Below, one piece after another: positions 7,280 through 14,483 of a stretch of DNA of 27,938 nt. This DNA is from a virus (taxonomy: Duplodnaviria > Caudoviricetes), in the IMG/VR virus record IMGVR_UViG_3300044297_000132, positions 1-27,938 of that record; one strand, 5' to 3'. The translations under genes and the position numbers were made by a program. Below the pieces are notes generated by a model. That model was not told where the DNA came from. It was given only the letters and a program-made list of their open reading frames with translations, and ran no database searches. How positions within the stretch are numbered: the first letter of the stretch is position 1; each line of letters opens with the position of its first letter.

Positions 7280-7849
7280 ATGAAATCAAATTGGACAGAC
7301 GAGCGCGTCGCGCTGCTCAAGGAGCTCTGGCCGCAGGGGTTCAGCGCCAGCGTGATTGCCGCCAAGATCGGTGGCGTGTCCCGCAATGGCGTGATCGGCA
7401 AGGTGCATCGCCTCGGCATGGCTCAGAAGCGCCAAGCAGGCTATCGCCCGGCCCGCAAAGGCCCGCGGAAGGCCGTCCTTGCCCCGGTTCGCATGTGGCA
7501 CCCGAATATCGCCCGCACCGAGCCGCCGCAGGAACCTACCCCGATCCCGCCGCCAGCAGCCGACGACATTGCCCGCGTCCAGTTCGATCAGCTCGAGCCC
7601 CATCACTGCCGCTTTGTCCCCGGCGAGCCCAAGGACGGTTTCTGCGGTCTCGATAAGGTTCCGGGCACGTCCTACTGCGCAGGCCATCTGGCGCGCTGCA
7701 CGACATCGCCAACGCCGAAAAATTTCTCCGATGAAAGCAAGGTCGTCATCGCCAAGAACCTGCGCATTTTCAACGCGAAGCGGTTTGGCTCGGACGCCAG
7801 CCAGCTTCTGCACGCCGTAGACCTGCGCAATCTCGAAACGATCGCCTGA
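7280..7849 (+). CDS. gcrA: GcrA cell-cycle regulator homologue
   Basis: NWTDERVALLKELWPQGFSASVIAAKIGGVSRNGVIGKVHRLG and LEPHHCRFVPGEP..GFCG......YCAGH, both conserved GcrA domains. Confidence 0.93.
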   Translation: MKSNWTDERVALLKELWPQGFSASVIAAKIGGVSRNGVIGKVHRLGMAQKRQAGYRPARKGPRKAVLAPVRMWHPNIARTEPPQEPTPIPPPAADDIARVQFDQLEPHHCRFVPGEPKDGFCGLDKVPGTSYCAGHLARCTTSPTPKNFSDESKVVIAKNLRIFNAKRFGSDASQLLHAVDLRNLETIA

Positions 7850-7880
7850 AAGTAAATAACCCCCGGTTTGGGGCCGGGGG
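7848..7880 (-). terminator. GC hairpin, probable intrinsic terminator for a minus-strand RNA
   Basis: CCCCCGG (7860-7866) pairs with CCGGGGG (7874-7880). The U-rich tail (TTATTTACTTT) is present only on the minus strand. Confidence 0.55.
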
Positions 7881-7920
7881 CTGATTGAGTGCGCGTATCC
7901 AGCATTCGAGGTGCTGAATG
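7848..7920 (-). ncRNA. Predicted ~70-nt antisense RNA (OOP/ctRNA-like)
   Basis: Minus-strand TTGATT(7955-7950)-17-TACATA(7932-7927) promoter, followed about 40 nt past the predicted start by the hairpin and U tract. Confidence 0.45.
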
Positions 7921-8742
7921 ACAGAATATGTAGCGAACAAATCGCGCGGAATCAAGGCAACCGATAGGTTTTGCCGGTTTCTTCCCACACGTTGGCGGCA
8001 GTCTACTTTGCACCTCTCGCTTGAAGCGGAGGGATTACTGATCCGCATCTCGGCGTTCATCATGGAAGCTGGTGTGGCTCTGCCATCCGACATGACCACC
8101 GCCTCACGGATGATCGGAGTCCACCGCAACAAGCTGAACAAGGTGCTGGCCGAGCTGATCGAGGCTGGCGAGATCAACAACGACGACGACGGAATCTATT
8201 CGCCGCGCGCCATGGCCGAATTCAAGCGTTCACAGAACGCTCTCGCCCGCGAGCAGGTTGAACCCGAGACCATCCCCCCCAGTAACCCCGAGGCAACCCC
8301 AGGGCAACCCCAGGGCAACTCGGTACCAACCCCCCAGGTTGAGGCCGAAAAAAGCGAGCAAATTCTACGCGCGCAAAGAGAAGAGAAGAAAAGAGAAGAA
8401 GGAGAAGACTCCCCCATTATAGCCCCCTCGGCCGCAAAGCCTGTTCTGCGAGCCTCCCGGCTCGCAAATGATTGGGTCCTTCCGGACGATTGGAATTCAT
8501 GGGCTCGGGTGACGTTCCCGCAAACGACCGCCGATCAAATTCAAATCCAGGCCGACACGTTCCGCGATTACTGGACCGCCAAGGGCGGCAAGGACGCTGC
8601 CAAGCTGGATTGGGAAGCCACGTGGCGCAACTGGTGCCGGAAGAATTTCTCGACAGGGCCGATCCGGCCTAGGGCGCAGCCGCCGCCGACTGCCAAAACC
8701 GCCTCGCAAATACTGGCCGAAAAGTACGCAGGAGTACACTGA
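7918..8742 (+). CDS. Replication initiator (DUF1376/YdaU-like winged helix plus C-terminal FRDYW..DWEATWRNW domain)
   Basis: RFLPTRWRQSTLHLSLEAEGLLIRI, RLANDWVLPDDW and FRDYWTAKGGKDAAKLDWEATWRNW. Lambda O position, internal iterons, GAGGTG SD. Confidence 0.8.
   Translation: MTEYVANKSRGIKATDRFCRFLPTRWRQSTLHLSLEAEGLLIRISAFIMEAGVALPSDMTTASRMIGVHRNKLNKVLAELIEAGEINNDDDGIYSPRAMAEFKRSQNALAREQVEPETIPPSNPEATPGQPQGNSVPTPQVEAEKSEQILRAQREEKKREEGEDSPIIAPSAAKPVLRASRLANDWVLPDDWNSWARVTFPQTTADQIQIQADTFRDYWTAKGGKDAAKLDWEATWRNWCRKNFSTGPIRPRAQPPPTAKTASQILAEKYAGVH
8283..8408. repeat. Putative replication origin: 11-bp iterons plus purine tract
   Basis: TAACCCCGAGG/CAACCCCAGGG/CAACCCCAGGG/CAACTCGGTAC/CAACCCCCCAGG at 11-bp period (8283-8338), followed by an A/G-only tract at about 8375-8408. 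Confidence 0.75.
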
Positions 8743-9245
8743 TGACCCCCGAAGATCGCCTCATCCAGCGTTTTATTTCCGTCTACGGCGAGCCTAAGAC
8801 GCCCAATCCGGAAATGTTCCTCAACGAGTTTGCCGAAGCTATCTCGGGATGGAATATCCAGATCCTCGACAAGGTCGGAAGCGACATCATCCGCTCAAGC
8901 CAGTTCTGGCCGAAGCCCGCCGAAATCATCGAGCGAGCCAAGCTGTTGGCGGCGGAGCGTAGCAAGAACGGGCAAGACGTTCGCTACCGCTTCAAGAGCA
9001 AGATGGGGCCATACGATCCGGCCACCGTCGAGCAATGGAAGCGAGCCGCAGAATGGCGCGCGAGCCTGCCCGATGATCATCCGCTCGTCCGCCAAGCCGC
9101 ACCGCTCAACCGGGTGCTGATGGACGTCTCGCGCCCGGCTTTCGAGAAGATGATGCGCGAGAGCCCTAACCAAGGCCTGTACCGCATTCGCGGCGGCAAG
9201 CTCACCGAGGCCTCACGAAAGATGGCAGGAGAGCGCGATGAGTAA
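8742..9245 (+). CDS. Putative helicase loader/inhibitor (lambda P position)
   Basis: Directly follows rep (TGATG overlap). QFWPKPAEII motif is typical of such partners. Confidence 0.55.
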   Translation: MTPEDRLIQRFISVYGEPKTPNPEMFLNEFAEAISGWNIQILDKVGSDIIRSSQFWPKPAEIIERAKLLAAERSKNGQDVRYRFKSKMGPYDPATVEQWKRAAEWRASLPDDHPLVRQAAPLNRVLMDVSRPAFEKMMRESPNQGLYRIRGGKLTEASRKMAGERDE

Positions 9246-9507
9246 CACCAACATCCGCGAGTTTGCCGACCAGTTGTCCGACGTCTACGTCCGCATGGAG
9301 GACTGCAAGGCGGAAGCCGCCGCAATCATCGACGCCGCCAAGGACGCCGGGATCAACGTCAAAGCCCTTCGCAAAGTGGCAAAGGAGCTGGTGATGCAGT
9401 CCGACAAGCTGGCGGCGAAGCTCGAGGACGAAGCCCAGCTGAGCCTGTTCCGCGAAGAGATCGGCATCCGCGAGCGCAAGGGCCTCAATGGCAGGGAGGC
9501 GGCATGA
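9238..9507 (+). CDS. GapR-like (DUF2312) nucleoid-associated protein
   Basis: IREFADQL...EDCKAEAAAIIDAAKDAGINVKALRKVAK...EAQLSLFREEIG resembles GapR (AK..G.D.K.LR.II...E..L.LY...LG). Confidence 0.7.
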   Translation: MSNTNIREFADQLSDVYVRMEDCKAEAAAIIDAAKDAGINVKALRKVAKELVMQSDKLAAKLEDEAQLSLFREEIGIRERKGLNGREAA

Positions 9508-9710
9508 CAGACGACTATGCCAAGCAGGGCGCCGAAGCTTACGCATTGGGACGCCGCCGGAGAGATTGCCCGTACCAAGGAACGCGCCGCATCAAGTGGC
9601 AAGAAGGATGGGACAAAGCCAACCAAAAGATTGAGCTAAAACGCCAAAAAAAGCTCGCTGAAGAAATTTGGAACGCACCTTTTAGATCCCTGAAGGACGC
9701 AGCCGAATGA
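9504..9710 (+). CDS. Ribosome modulation factor (Rmf/CrpP-fold)-like protein
   Basis: QGAEAYALGRRRRDCPYQGTRRIKWQEGW matches G..A...G.....CPY......W..GW. Confidence 0.65.
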   Translation: MTDDYAKQGAEAYALGRRRRDCPYQGTRRIKWQEGWDKANQKIELKRQKKLAEEIWNAPFRSLKDAAE

Positions 9711-10399
9711 CCATCCGCAAGGAAGTGATCGGCAATTGCACGCTCCTGTTGGGGGACTGCCGGGACATTCTGCCGACGCTGCCGAAGGTCGATGCGTGCG
9801 TCACAGATCCTCCGTATGGGATTGGTGAAGACGGCGGGCGCTTTCGTGATCGAAAGGGCGGCGGGCATCGAGTTTTGCCAAAAATGGGGTGGGACAAGGA
9901 AGCCCCTGCGGCAGACGTCTTTTCGATGCTGCTCGGTTGCAGCGACGAGCAAATCATCTGGGGCGGCAATTACTTTACCGACAAACTGCCGCCCTCAAAG
10001 GGTTGGCTTTATTGGCAGAAGCTGATGGGGGGAGATTTCTCTGACGGAGAACTGGCATGGACGAGCCGCGACCGCGCTTTGCGCGAATTTACCAAGTGCC
10101 CAAAAGCGCCAGGATCTGAGCATCCGACGCAGAAACCAGTCGAATTGATGAAATGGTGCTTAGAGTTCCTGCCAACAGCCCGCACCATCCTCGACCCCTT
10201 CATGGGCTCTGGCACGACAGGCGTTGCCTGCGTGAAGCTGGGGCGGCGGTTCATCGGTGTGGAAATTGAAGAACGTTATTTCGATATAGCGTGTAGACGT
10301 ATATACGATGCATATCGACAACCAGATTTGTTTATCGACCATGCCAAAACAAGTGACGCGAAAGCGGCTCAACTGCCTTTGCTGCCAGAGGGAGTTTGA
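9707..10399 (+). CDS. Orphan DNA methyltransferase (N6A/N4C, beta class)
   Basis: LGDC, VTDPPYG (motif IV), HPTQKP and ILDPFMGSGTTG (motif I). Confidence 0.95.
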   Translation: MTIRKEVIGNCTLLLGDCRDILPTLPKVDACVTDPPYGIGEDGGRFRDRKGGGHRVLPKMGWDKEAPAADVFSMLLGCSDEQIIWGGNYFTDKLPPSKGWLYWQKLMGGDFSDGELAWTSRDRALREFTKCPKAPGSEHPTQKPVELMKWCLEFLPTARTILDPFMGSGTTGVACVKLGRRFIGVEIEERYFDIACRRIYDAYRQPDLFIDHAKTSDAKAAQLPLLPEGV

Positions 10400-10856
10400 G
10401 GCCCATGCTTATCGATCAGAGAAAGCTAAATACTGCAGCCGGGAATGTTACCGGGAGGCTAGGTTCAGAACCTCAGATAAATGCCCGAGCTGCCAGAGAA
10501 CGCCACCGGCAGGCCGACGGTTCTGCAACACTGAGTGTTGGCGTGGCCACTGGAACAGGCGCGAAGGTGAGCGATACGAAAAACGCCGTTCTGGATATTG
10601 GAAGCGGAAGCTTGTTCTCATTGCGACCCTTGGCGGCAAGTGCCTGCATTGTGGGAATGCAGACGCCCGCGTCTTGGATATCGACCACATTGACGCAACC
10701 AAAAAGAATAAGCCCGCGCATAGGGGATATCCGACCCCAATCAGGCTGTCTCTATGGGCTAAGGAAATGGACAATTTGCAGCTACTTTGCGCGAATTGCC
10801 ATCGAATTAAGACGCACGAAACGCATTGGAGAACAGGGCACATCTTCAAGGATTGA
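10341..10856 (+). CDS. HNH homing-type endonuclease with N-terminal Zn-finger repeats
   Basis: CLCC..KYCSRECY and CPSC..RFCNTEC repeats, then LGGKCLHCG...LDIDHID...NLQLLCANCHRIKT. Overlaps the MTase end and is visibly more AT-rich. Confidence 0.88.
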   Translation: MPKQVTRKRLNCLCCQREFEAHAYRSEKAKYCSRECYREARFRTSDKCPSCQRTPPAGRRFCNTECWRGHWNRREGERYEKRRSGYWKRKLVLIATLGGKCLHCGNADARVLDIDHIDATKKNKPAHRGYPTPIRLSLWAKEMDNLQLLCANCHRIKTHETHWRTGHIFKD

Positions 10857-10904
10857 ACAGCCCGCGCCCTGTGCCGAGCAGCTCAGCCTATTGGGGGCAG
10901 CCGA

Positions 10905-11048
10905 ATGATCGAATACCTCCGCTGGGTCAAACTGGCCGACGTTGGCCAATTTCTCGCCAAGGGCTGGACCATTCGAGACGACGCGGCAACCATTCATCAC
11001 GGTTTCTATTCGGTTCTGATGATCTGGACCGGAGAGGGTGAGCCATGA
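10905..11048 (+). CDS. Small hypothetical phage protein (47 aa)
   Basis: Manual translation MIEYLRWVKLADVGQFLAKGWTIRDDAATIHHGFYSVLMIWTGEGEP, with ATGA overlaps at both ends. Confidence 0.6.
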   Translation: MIEYLRWVKLADVGQFLAKGWTIRDDAATIHHGFYSVLMIWTGEGEP

Positions 11049-11200
11049 CCACCGGCCGCAAATCGAAAGTGAAGGGGAAGATCATCGAGGGAAAGTTTGT
11101 TCAGACCCGGACCTACGTCGCCGGTCAATCCCGTTCGGTTCTCGAGGCACGGGCAGCAAAGGAGGTTGCGAAGTGGCAAGCCAAATCCAAAACGCGGTGA
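11045..11200 (+). CDS. Small basic hypothetical protein (51 aa)
   Basis: Manual translation MTTGRKSKVKGKIIEGKFVQTRTYVAGQSRSVLEARAAKEVAKWQAKSKTR, ATGA-coupled. Confidence 0.5.
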   Translation: MTTGRKSKVKGKIIEGKFVQTRTYVAGQSRSVLEARAAKEVAKWQAKSKTR

Positions 11201-11274
11201 TCTTCACCCCTGAGCGCTGGCGTTTGTTCTGGCTCCTGACGTTCGCTTTCATTCTGGGAGGGTGGATGCTGTGA
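11173..11274 (+). CDS. Small single-TM peptide (33 aa)
   Basis: GGAGG SD then GTG. ...RWRLFWLLTFAFILGGWML; the stop overlaps the next gene. Confidence 0.35.
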   Translation: MASQIQNAVIFTPERWRLFWLLTFAFILGGWML

Positions 11275-11645
11275 GCTTATTCACCGCCGATCAACTCGTG
11301 GCTCACGCTGTCGGGGATTATCTGCTGCAGTCGCATTGGATGGCGACGGAAAAGACGAAGCAGCACGCGGCGGCAGCGATCCACGCTGTGGCCTACTCGT
11401 TGCCGTTCCTGATGATCACGCAAAGCTGGCCAGCGCTGGCGGTGATCACTGGGACGCATTTCCTGATTGATCGCTTTCGCCTAGCCCGGTTCGTCGTGTG
11501 GGCCAAGAACGGCATGCGCGGCCCAGTGACGGCGACGGGATACGCCGACGATGTTCCGGCGTGGCTGTCTGTCTGGCTGCTCATTGCCGCCGACAACATC
11601 CTGCACGTCATCTGCAACGCGTTGGCGATCAGGTTTCTCGCATGA
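11262..11645 (+). CDS. DUF3307-family membrane protein
   Basis: LVAHAVGDYLLQSHWMATEK, IHAVAYSLPF, THFLID and DNILH motifs. Confidence 0.85.
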   Translation: MDAVSLFTADQLVAHAVGDYLLQSHWMATEKTKQHAAAAIHAVAYSLPFLMITQSWPALAVITGTHFLIDRFRLARFVVWAKNGMRGPVTATGYADDVPAWLSVWLLIAADNILHVICNALAIRFLA

Positions 11646-11762
11646 CCCGTCCCTCCCTCGCCTCCCGCATCGCCATGGCCCGAGACCTGGGCCGCGTTTA
11701 CGTCCCCATCACATTCGCCGAGTTGGCCGCGTTCCAGGGCCGTCCCTACAAGGAGAACGCGC

Positions 11763-12221
11763 ATGCGCACCCTGACCGCCTACACGACACCCCCGCAGAA
11801 GGAGCGCAAAGCCGTCCAGGAAGCCCGCGAAGCCGGTCTCAGGGCCTACGTCCCCACCGAGAAGAAAACCTATCGGGGGCTCAAGCGAACGGTCACGCGC
11901 CGTGTGCCGATCGCGCCCGGCTACGTGTTCGCCGAAGGCAAGCCGTATGAAGCCAAGCACATCAGGACGAAGGTCGGCACCGTGGAGCGCAACGCGCTGG
12001 CTCGCCTCTATCCCCGGCGCGACCGCGGGCACCGTTTCCCGGTGTTGCCGTTTGAAGCAGGCGACCGCGTGACCATTCAGCGTGGCCCATTTGCGCAGTT
12101 CATCGGCACGATCATTGGGCACGCCGGGAAACGCGGGTGGATGGTTGAGGTCAGGATGTTCGGCAGAGAAATGGAGGTGGCTGTCGCGACCGACTACATG
12201 CGAAAACATGACCCGGGGTAG
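11763..12221 (+). CDS. NusG/RfaH-family transcription antiterminator (Q position)
   Basis: NGN-like AGLRAYVP...RVPIAPGYVFA and KOW FEAGDRVTIQRGPFAQFIGTI...VRMFGR. AGGAG SD; last early gene. Confidence 0.88.
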   Translation: MRTLTAYTTPPQKERKAVQEAREAGLRAYVPTEKKTYRGLKRTVTRRVPIAPGYVFAEGKPYEAKHIRTKVGTVERNALARLYPRRDRGHRFPVLPFEAGDRVTIQRGPFAQFIGTIIGHAGKRGWMVEVRMFGREMEVAVATDYMRKHDPG

Positions 12222-12513
12222 ACACACCCCGCAAATCAGTTTAAGCGCGCATGAGGATGACTGCTGACTTCAGCGTCGTGCCCCCGATAGTCGTAGGCGA
12301 TAGGCCGACTTGAGCAGCCCAGCGGACGGTACAACCGTATCCGCACCAATCCACAAATGCGCCCAGAACAAACAAGGCCCCGCTACGCATACACAGCGCG
12401 GGGCCTATTCCAGTTTACTCACGGCGGACGCGGTACTGACTCGCGGGAACTCTACTGAACGTGGCCTGCCAGCCGTTTCTTATGCCCGCTGACGCTCACT
12501 CTGCGCCGTTTTC

Positions 12514-12753
12514 GTGAGTATCTATAGCCTGCCTCTCTGGCGAAATCGCGGCAACGGGACGTATCAAGACGCAATCGCCGATGCTCTCCCTCATCAGCCA
12601 TTGGGCTATCCTACCTATCGCCGTTCTCGGAGCGAACTGGTGGTCTCTAAGGTCCAAAACGCCATCGTCACCGCCGCCGTGTCGGTTCTATTTCTTCTAG
12701 GCATCGCCTGCATCATCCTGGGGCCAATCTATCTCGCAAAACATGGACTTTGA
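12514..12753 (+). CDS. Possible small membrane protein
   Basis: C-terminal hydrophobic helix AIVTAAVSVLFLLGIACIILGPIYL; start uncertain. Confidence 0.35.
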   Translation: MSIYSLPLWRNRGNGTYQDAIADALPHQPLGYPTYRRSRSELVVSKVQNAIVTAAVSVLFLLGIACIILGPIYLAKHGL

Positions 12754-12875
12754 TATGAAGCTCGACTTGTCCAACCTCGTCACGACGCTGAAACAGCTTT
12801 TCGTGATCGTCACCGCAGCAACCGCTCTCGCTTCCAAATAGTCCCGCGTCTCCACCCGCAAGGAGACACGACACC

Positions 12876-13859
12876 ATGATCAAGTCCGCCTTCTCCCGCA
12901 TCAGCGCTCCGCCTGAGATCTGGGGCCTTCGCCTCGCTCTCATCGCGGCGTTCTGCTACATGCTCGCCAAGTCAGGTGCCCCCGTAACCGGGTCCGAGAC
13001 TATCGTGGCCTCGCTCAGCCTTGGCATGGCCGCGCTGATCTTTGAATACATCGCCTCCAAGCGCATGGCGCACGGCTGGTTCACCCGCTCGCCCGGCGCA
13101 ATGCTGGGCTGGGGTCTGATTTGGGCCGGCGCGTTCGCCTACTCCGCCAACAACTGGATCGGTGCTGCTGGCGAGAACGAAGCCGCCAAGGGCAACATTC
13201 AGAAGGCTGCCTTCACCTCCTACGCAGACACCCGTACCGACCTCGAGACCGCACAACGCCGCGTCAACAGCGAAGAGAAGAACCTCAACGAACTCAAGGC
13301 CATGACCTGGCAGGAGCTGCCCAAGGTCGCCGGCAAGCCCGTCATGTCCGTTGGCGCTGCCGAGGAACTGCTCGAGGCCGCCAAGGAAGGCAGCACACGG
13401 TGGACGCAGGCCAAGGTGGCACTTGCCGACCTGAAAGAGCGCGCCAAATGGCAAGAGCGCGTCGATCAGGCCGAGAAGCAGCTTGCAGACGCCCGCTTGA
13501 AGCTTGTTGCCGCGAAATCTGCAGCTGCTTCGGTCAAGACCGTCAGCAACGACACCCGCGAGGATCTGCGCTGGTACGTCAAATACGGCCACATCGACAA
13601 CGAGACCGCTCAGGACATTCAGTCGTTTCTCAAGGTTGGCGTCGTCTCGCTGTTCGTCAGCCTGTTTGCCATCCTGCACGTTGCCGAGATGTACCGCGGC
13701 AAGGAACTTCCGCCCTGGATCAACTGGCGCGGCTGGATCACCCGTTCCCGCAAACTCTGGGACGGCACCGATCACACCGTTGTGGTCAACAAGATGCACT
13801 CGGCTCACGTCATTCGCACCGCCGAAGGCCTCAAGCCCATGATCATGCAGCACGGATGA
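12876..13859 (+). CDS. Multi-pass membrane protein with long coiled coil
   Basis: Three N-terminal hydrophobic helices, about 150 aa of coiled-coil-like sequence, one C-terminal helix. AAGGAG SD and strong codon bias. Confidence 0.8.
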   Translation: MIKSAFSRISAPPEIWGLRLALIAAFCYMLAKSGAPVTGSETIVASLSLGMAALIFEYIASKRMAHGWFTRSPGAMLGWGLIWAGAFAYSANNWIGAAGENEAAKGNIQKAAFTSYADTRTDLETAQRRVNSEEKNLNELKAMTWQELPKVAGKPVMSVGAAEELLEAAKEGSTRWTQAKVALADLKERAKWQERVDQAEKQLADARLKLVAAKSAAASVKTVSNDTREDLRWYVKYGHIDNETAQDIQSFLKVGVVSLFVSLFAILHVAEMYRGKELPPWINWRGWITRSRKLWDGTDHTVVVNKMHSAHVIRTAEGLKPMIMQHG

Positions 13860-14053
13860 CCGCCGGCGAAATCAACACCGCCTTGAAGGCCCGCAAGCTC
13901 ATGGATGCCCACGTTACCTGGGACTTCAAAGCCAAGGCCTTCAAGGTTTCCCGCACCGTCAACGGCAAGACAGAAACCATCGCTCTTCCCGTCGAGCCGA
14001 CAGCGATAGAGCTAGACGACGCGGTGGTGTTCCTGACATCGAGTTTCACGTGA
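13856..14053 (+). CDS. Hypothetical phage protein (65 aa)
   Basis: MTAGEINTALKARKLMDAHVTWDF..., ATGA-coupled to the upstream gene. Confidence 0.65.
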   Translation: MTAGEINTALKARKLMDAHVTWDFKAKAFKVSRTVNGKTETIALPVEPTAIELDDAVVFLTSSFT

Positions 14054-14056
14054 AAC
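14043..14056. promoter_or_regulatory. parS: parS-like palindrome (ParB loading site)
   Basis: Perfect GTTTCACGTGAAAC, the 14-bp core of the chromosomal parS consensus TGTTTCACGTGAAACA. Confidence 0.7.
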
Positions 14057-14069
14057 GTAGATACAACGC

Positions 14070-14483
14070 ATGAGTGATAAAGCCACTGAACTAACAGAGG
14101 CCAAACAAAGGGGTCTCGCAAACCTCAAGCCGTTCCAGCCCGGACAGTCCGGAAACCCCGCAGGAAGGCCTGTAGGATCGCGCGCCAAGCTCGATCAGGC
14201 TTTTGTCGACGCTCTATACGAAGATTTCAAAACGGGCGGCGTTGAGGCTATCAAAGCCTGCCGCGAGCAGAAGCCAGACGTCTATATCAACGTCGTTGCA
14301 AAAGTGATCCCCAAACAAGTTGATGTCAAAGCCGACGATGCGCTTGCCGACCTCGCGAGCGGACTACAAGCCGTTGCTAGCTTCCTTGAGCAAGTTGCCG
14401 CCGAAGCAAGCGGCGCCGATCATGCGGGGCCTGTGTCAGACGGATTTGTTCTTCCTGCTGACGCGCGGCCTCAAGCGCATTGA
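14070..14483 (+). CDS. terS: Terminase small subunit (DUF5681-type)
   Basis: ANLKPFQPGQSGNPAGRPVGSR motif, immediately upstream of terL. Confidence 0.8.
   Translation: MSDKATELTEAKQRGLANLKPFQPGQSGNPAGRPVGSRAKLDQAFVDALYEDFKTGGVEAIKACREQKPDVYINVVAKVIPKQVDVKADDALADLASGLQAVASFLEQVAAEASGADHAGPVSDGFVLPADARPQAH

Noticed and set aside
9707-10399. MTase as a CcrM orthologue
   Set aside because: Same beta class but only 230 aa, lacking the CcrM C-terminal domain; specificity cannot be read from the sequence.
9707-10856. MTase plus HNH as a type II restriction-modification system
   Set aside because: The HNH has homing-endonuclease-type Zn-finger repeats and interrupts the MTase end; the MTase resembles common orphan phage enzymes.
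10396-10908. 170-aa ORF overlapping the HNH gene
   Set aside because: Alternate frame of the HNH. Only its last 18 codons look meaningful, as the stranded MTase tail.
11642-11950. ORF MTRPSLASRIAMARDLG... between DUF3307 and nusG
   Set aside because: ATGA-coupled start, but about 60 percent overlaps nusG out of frame; cannot be supported beyond a possible short gene.
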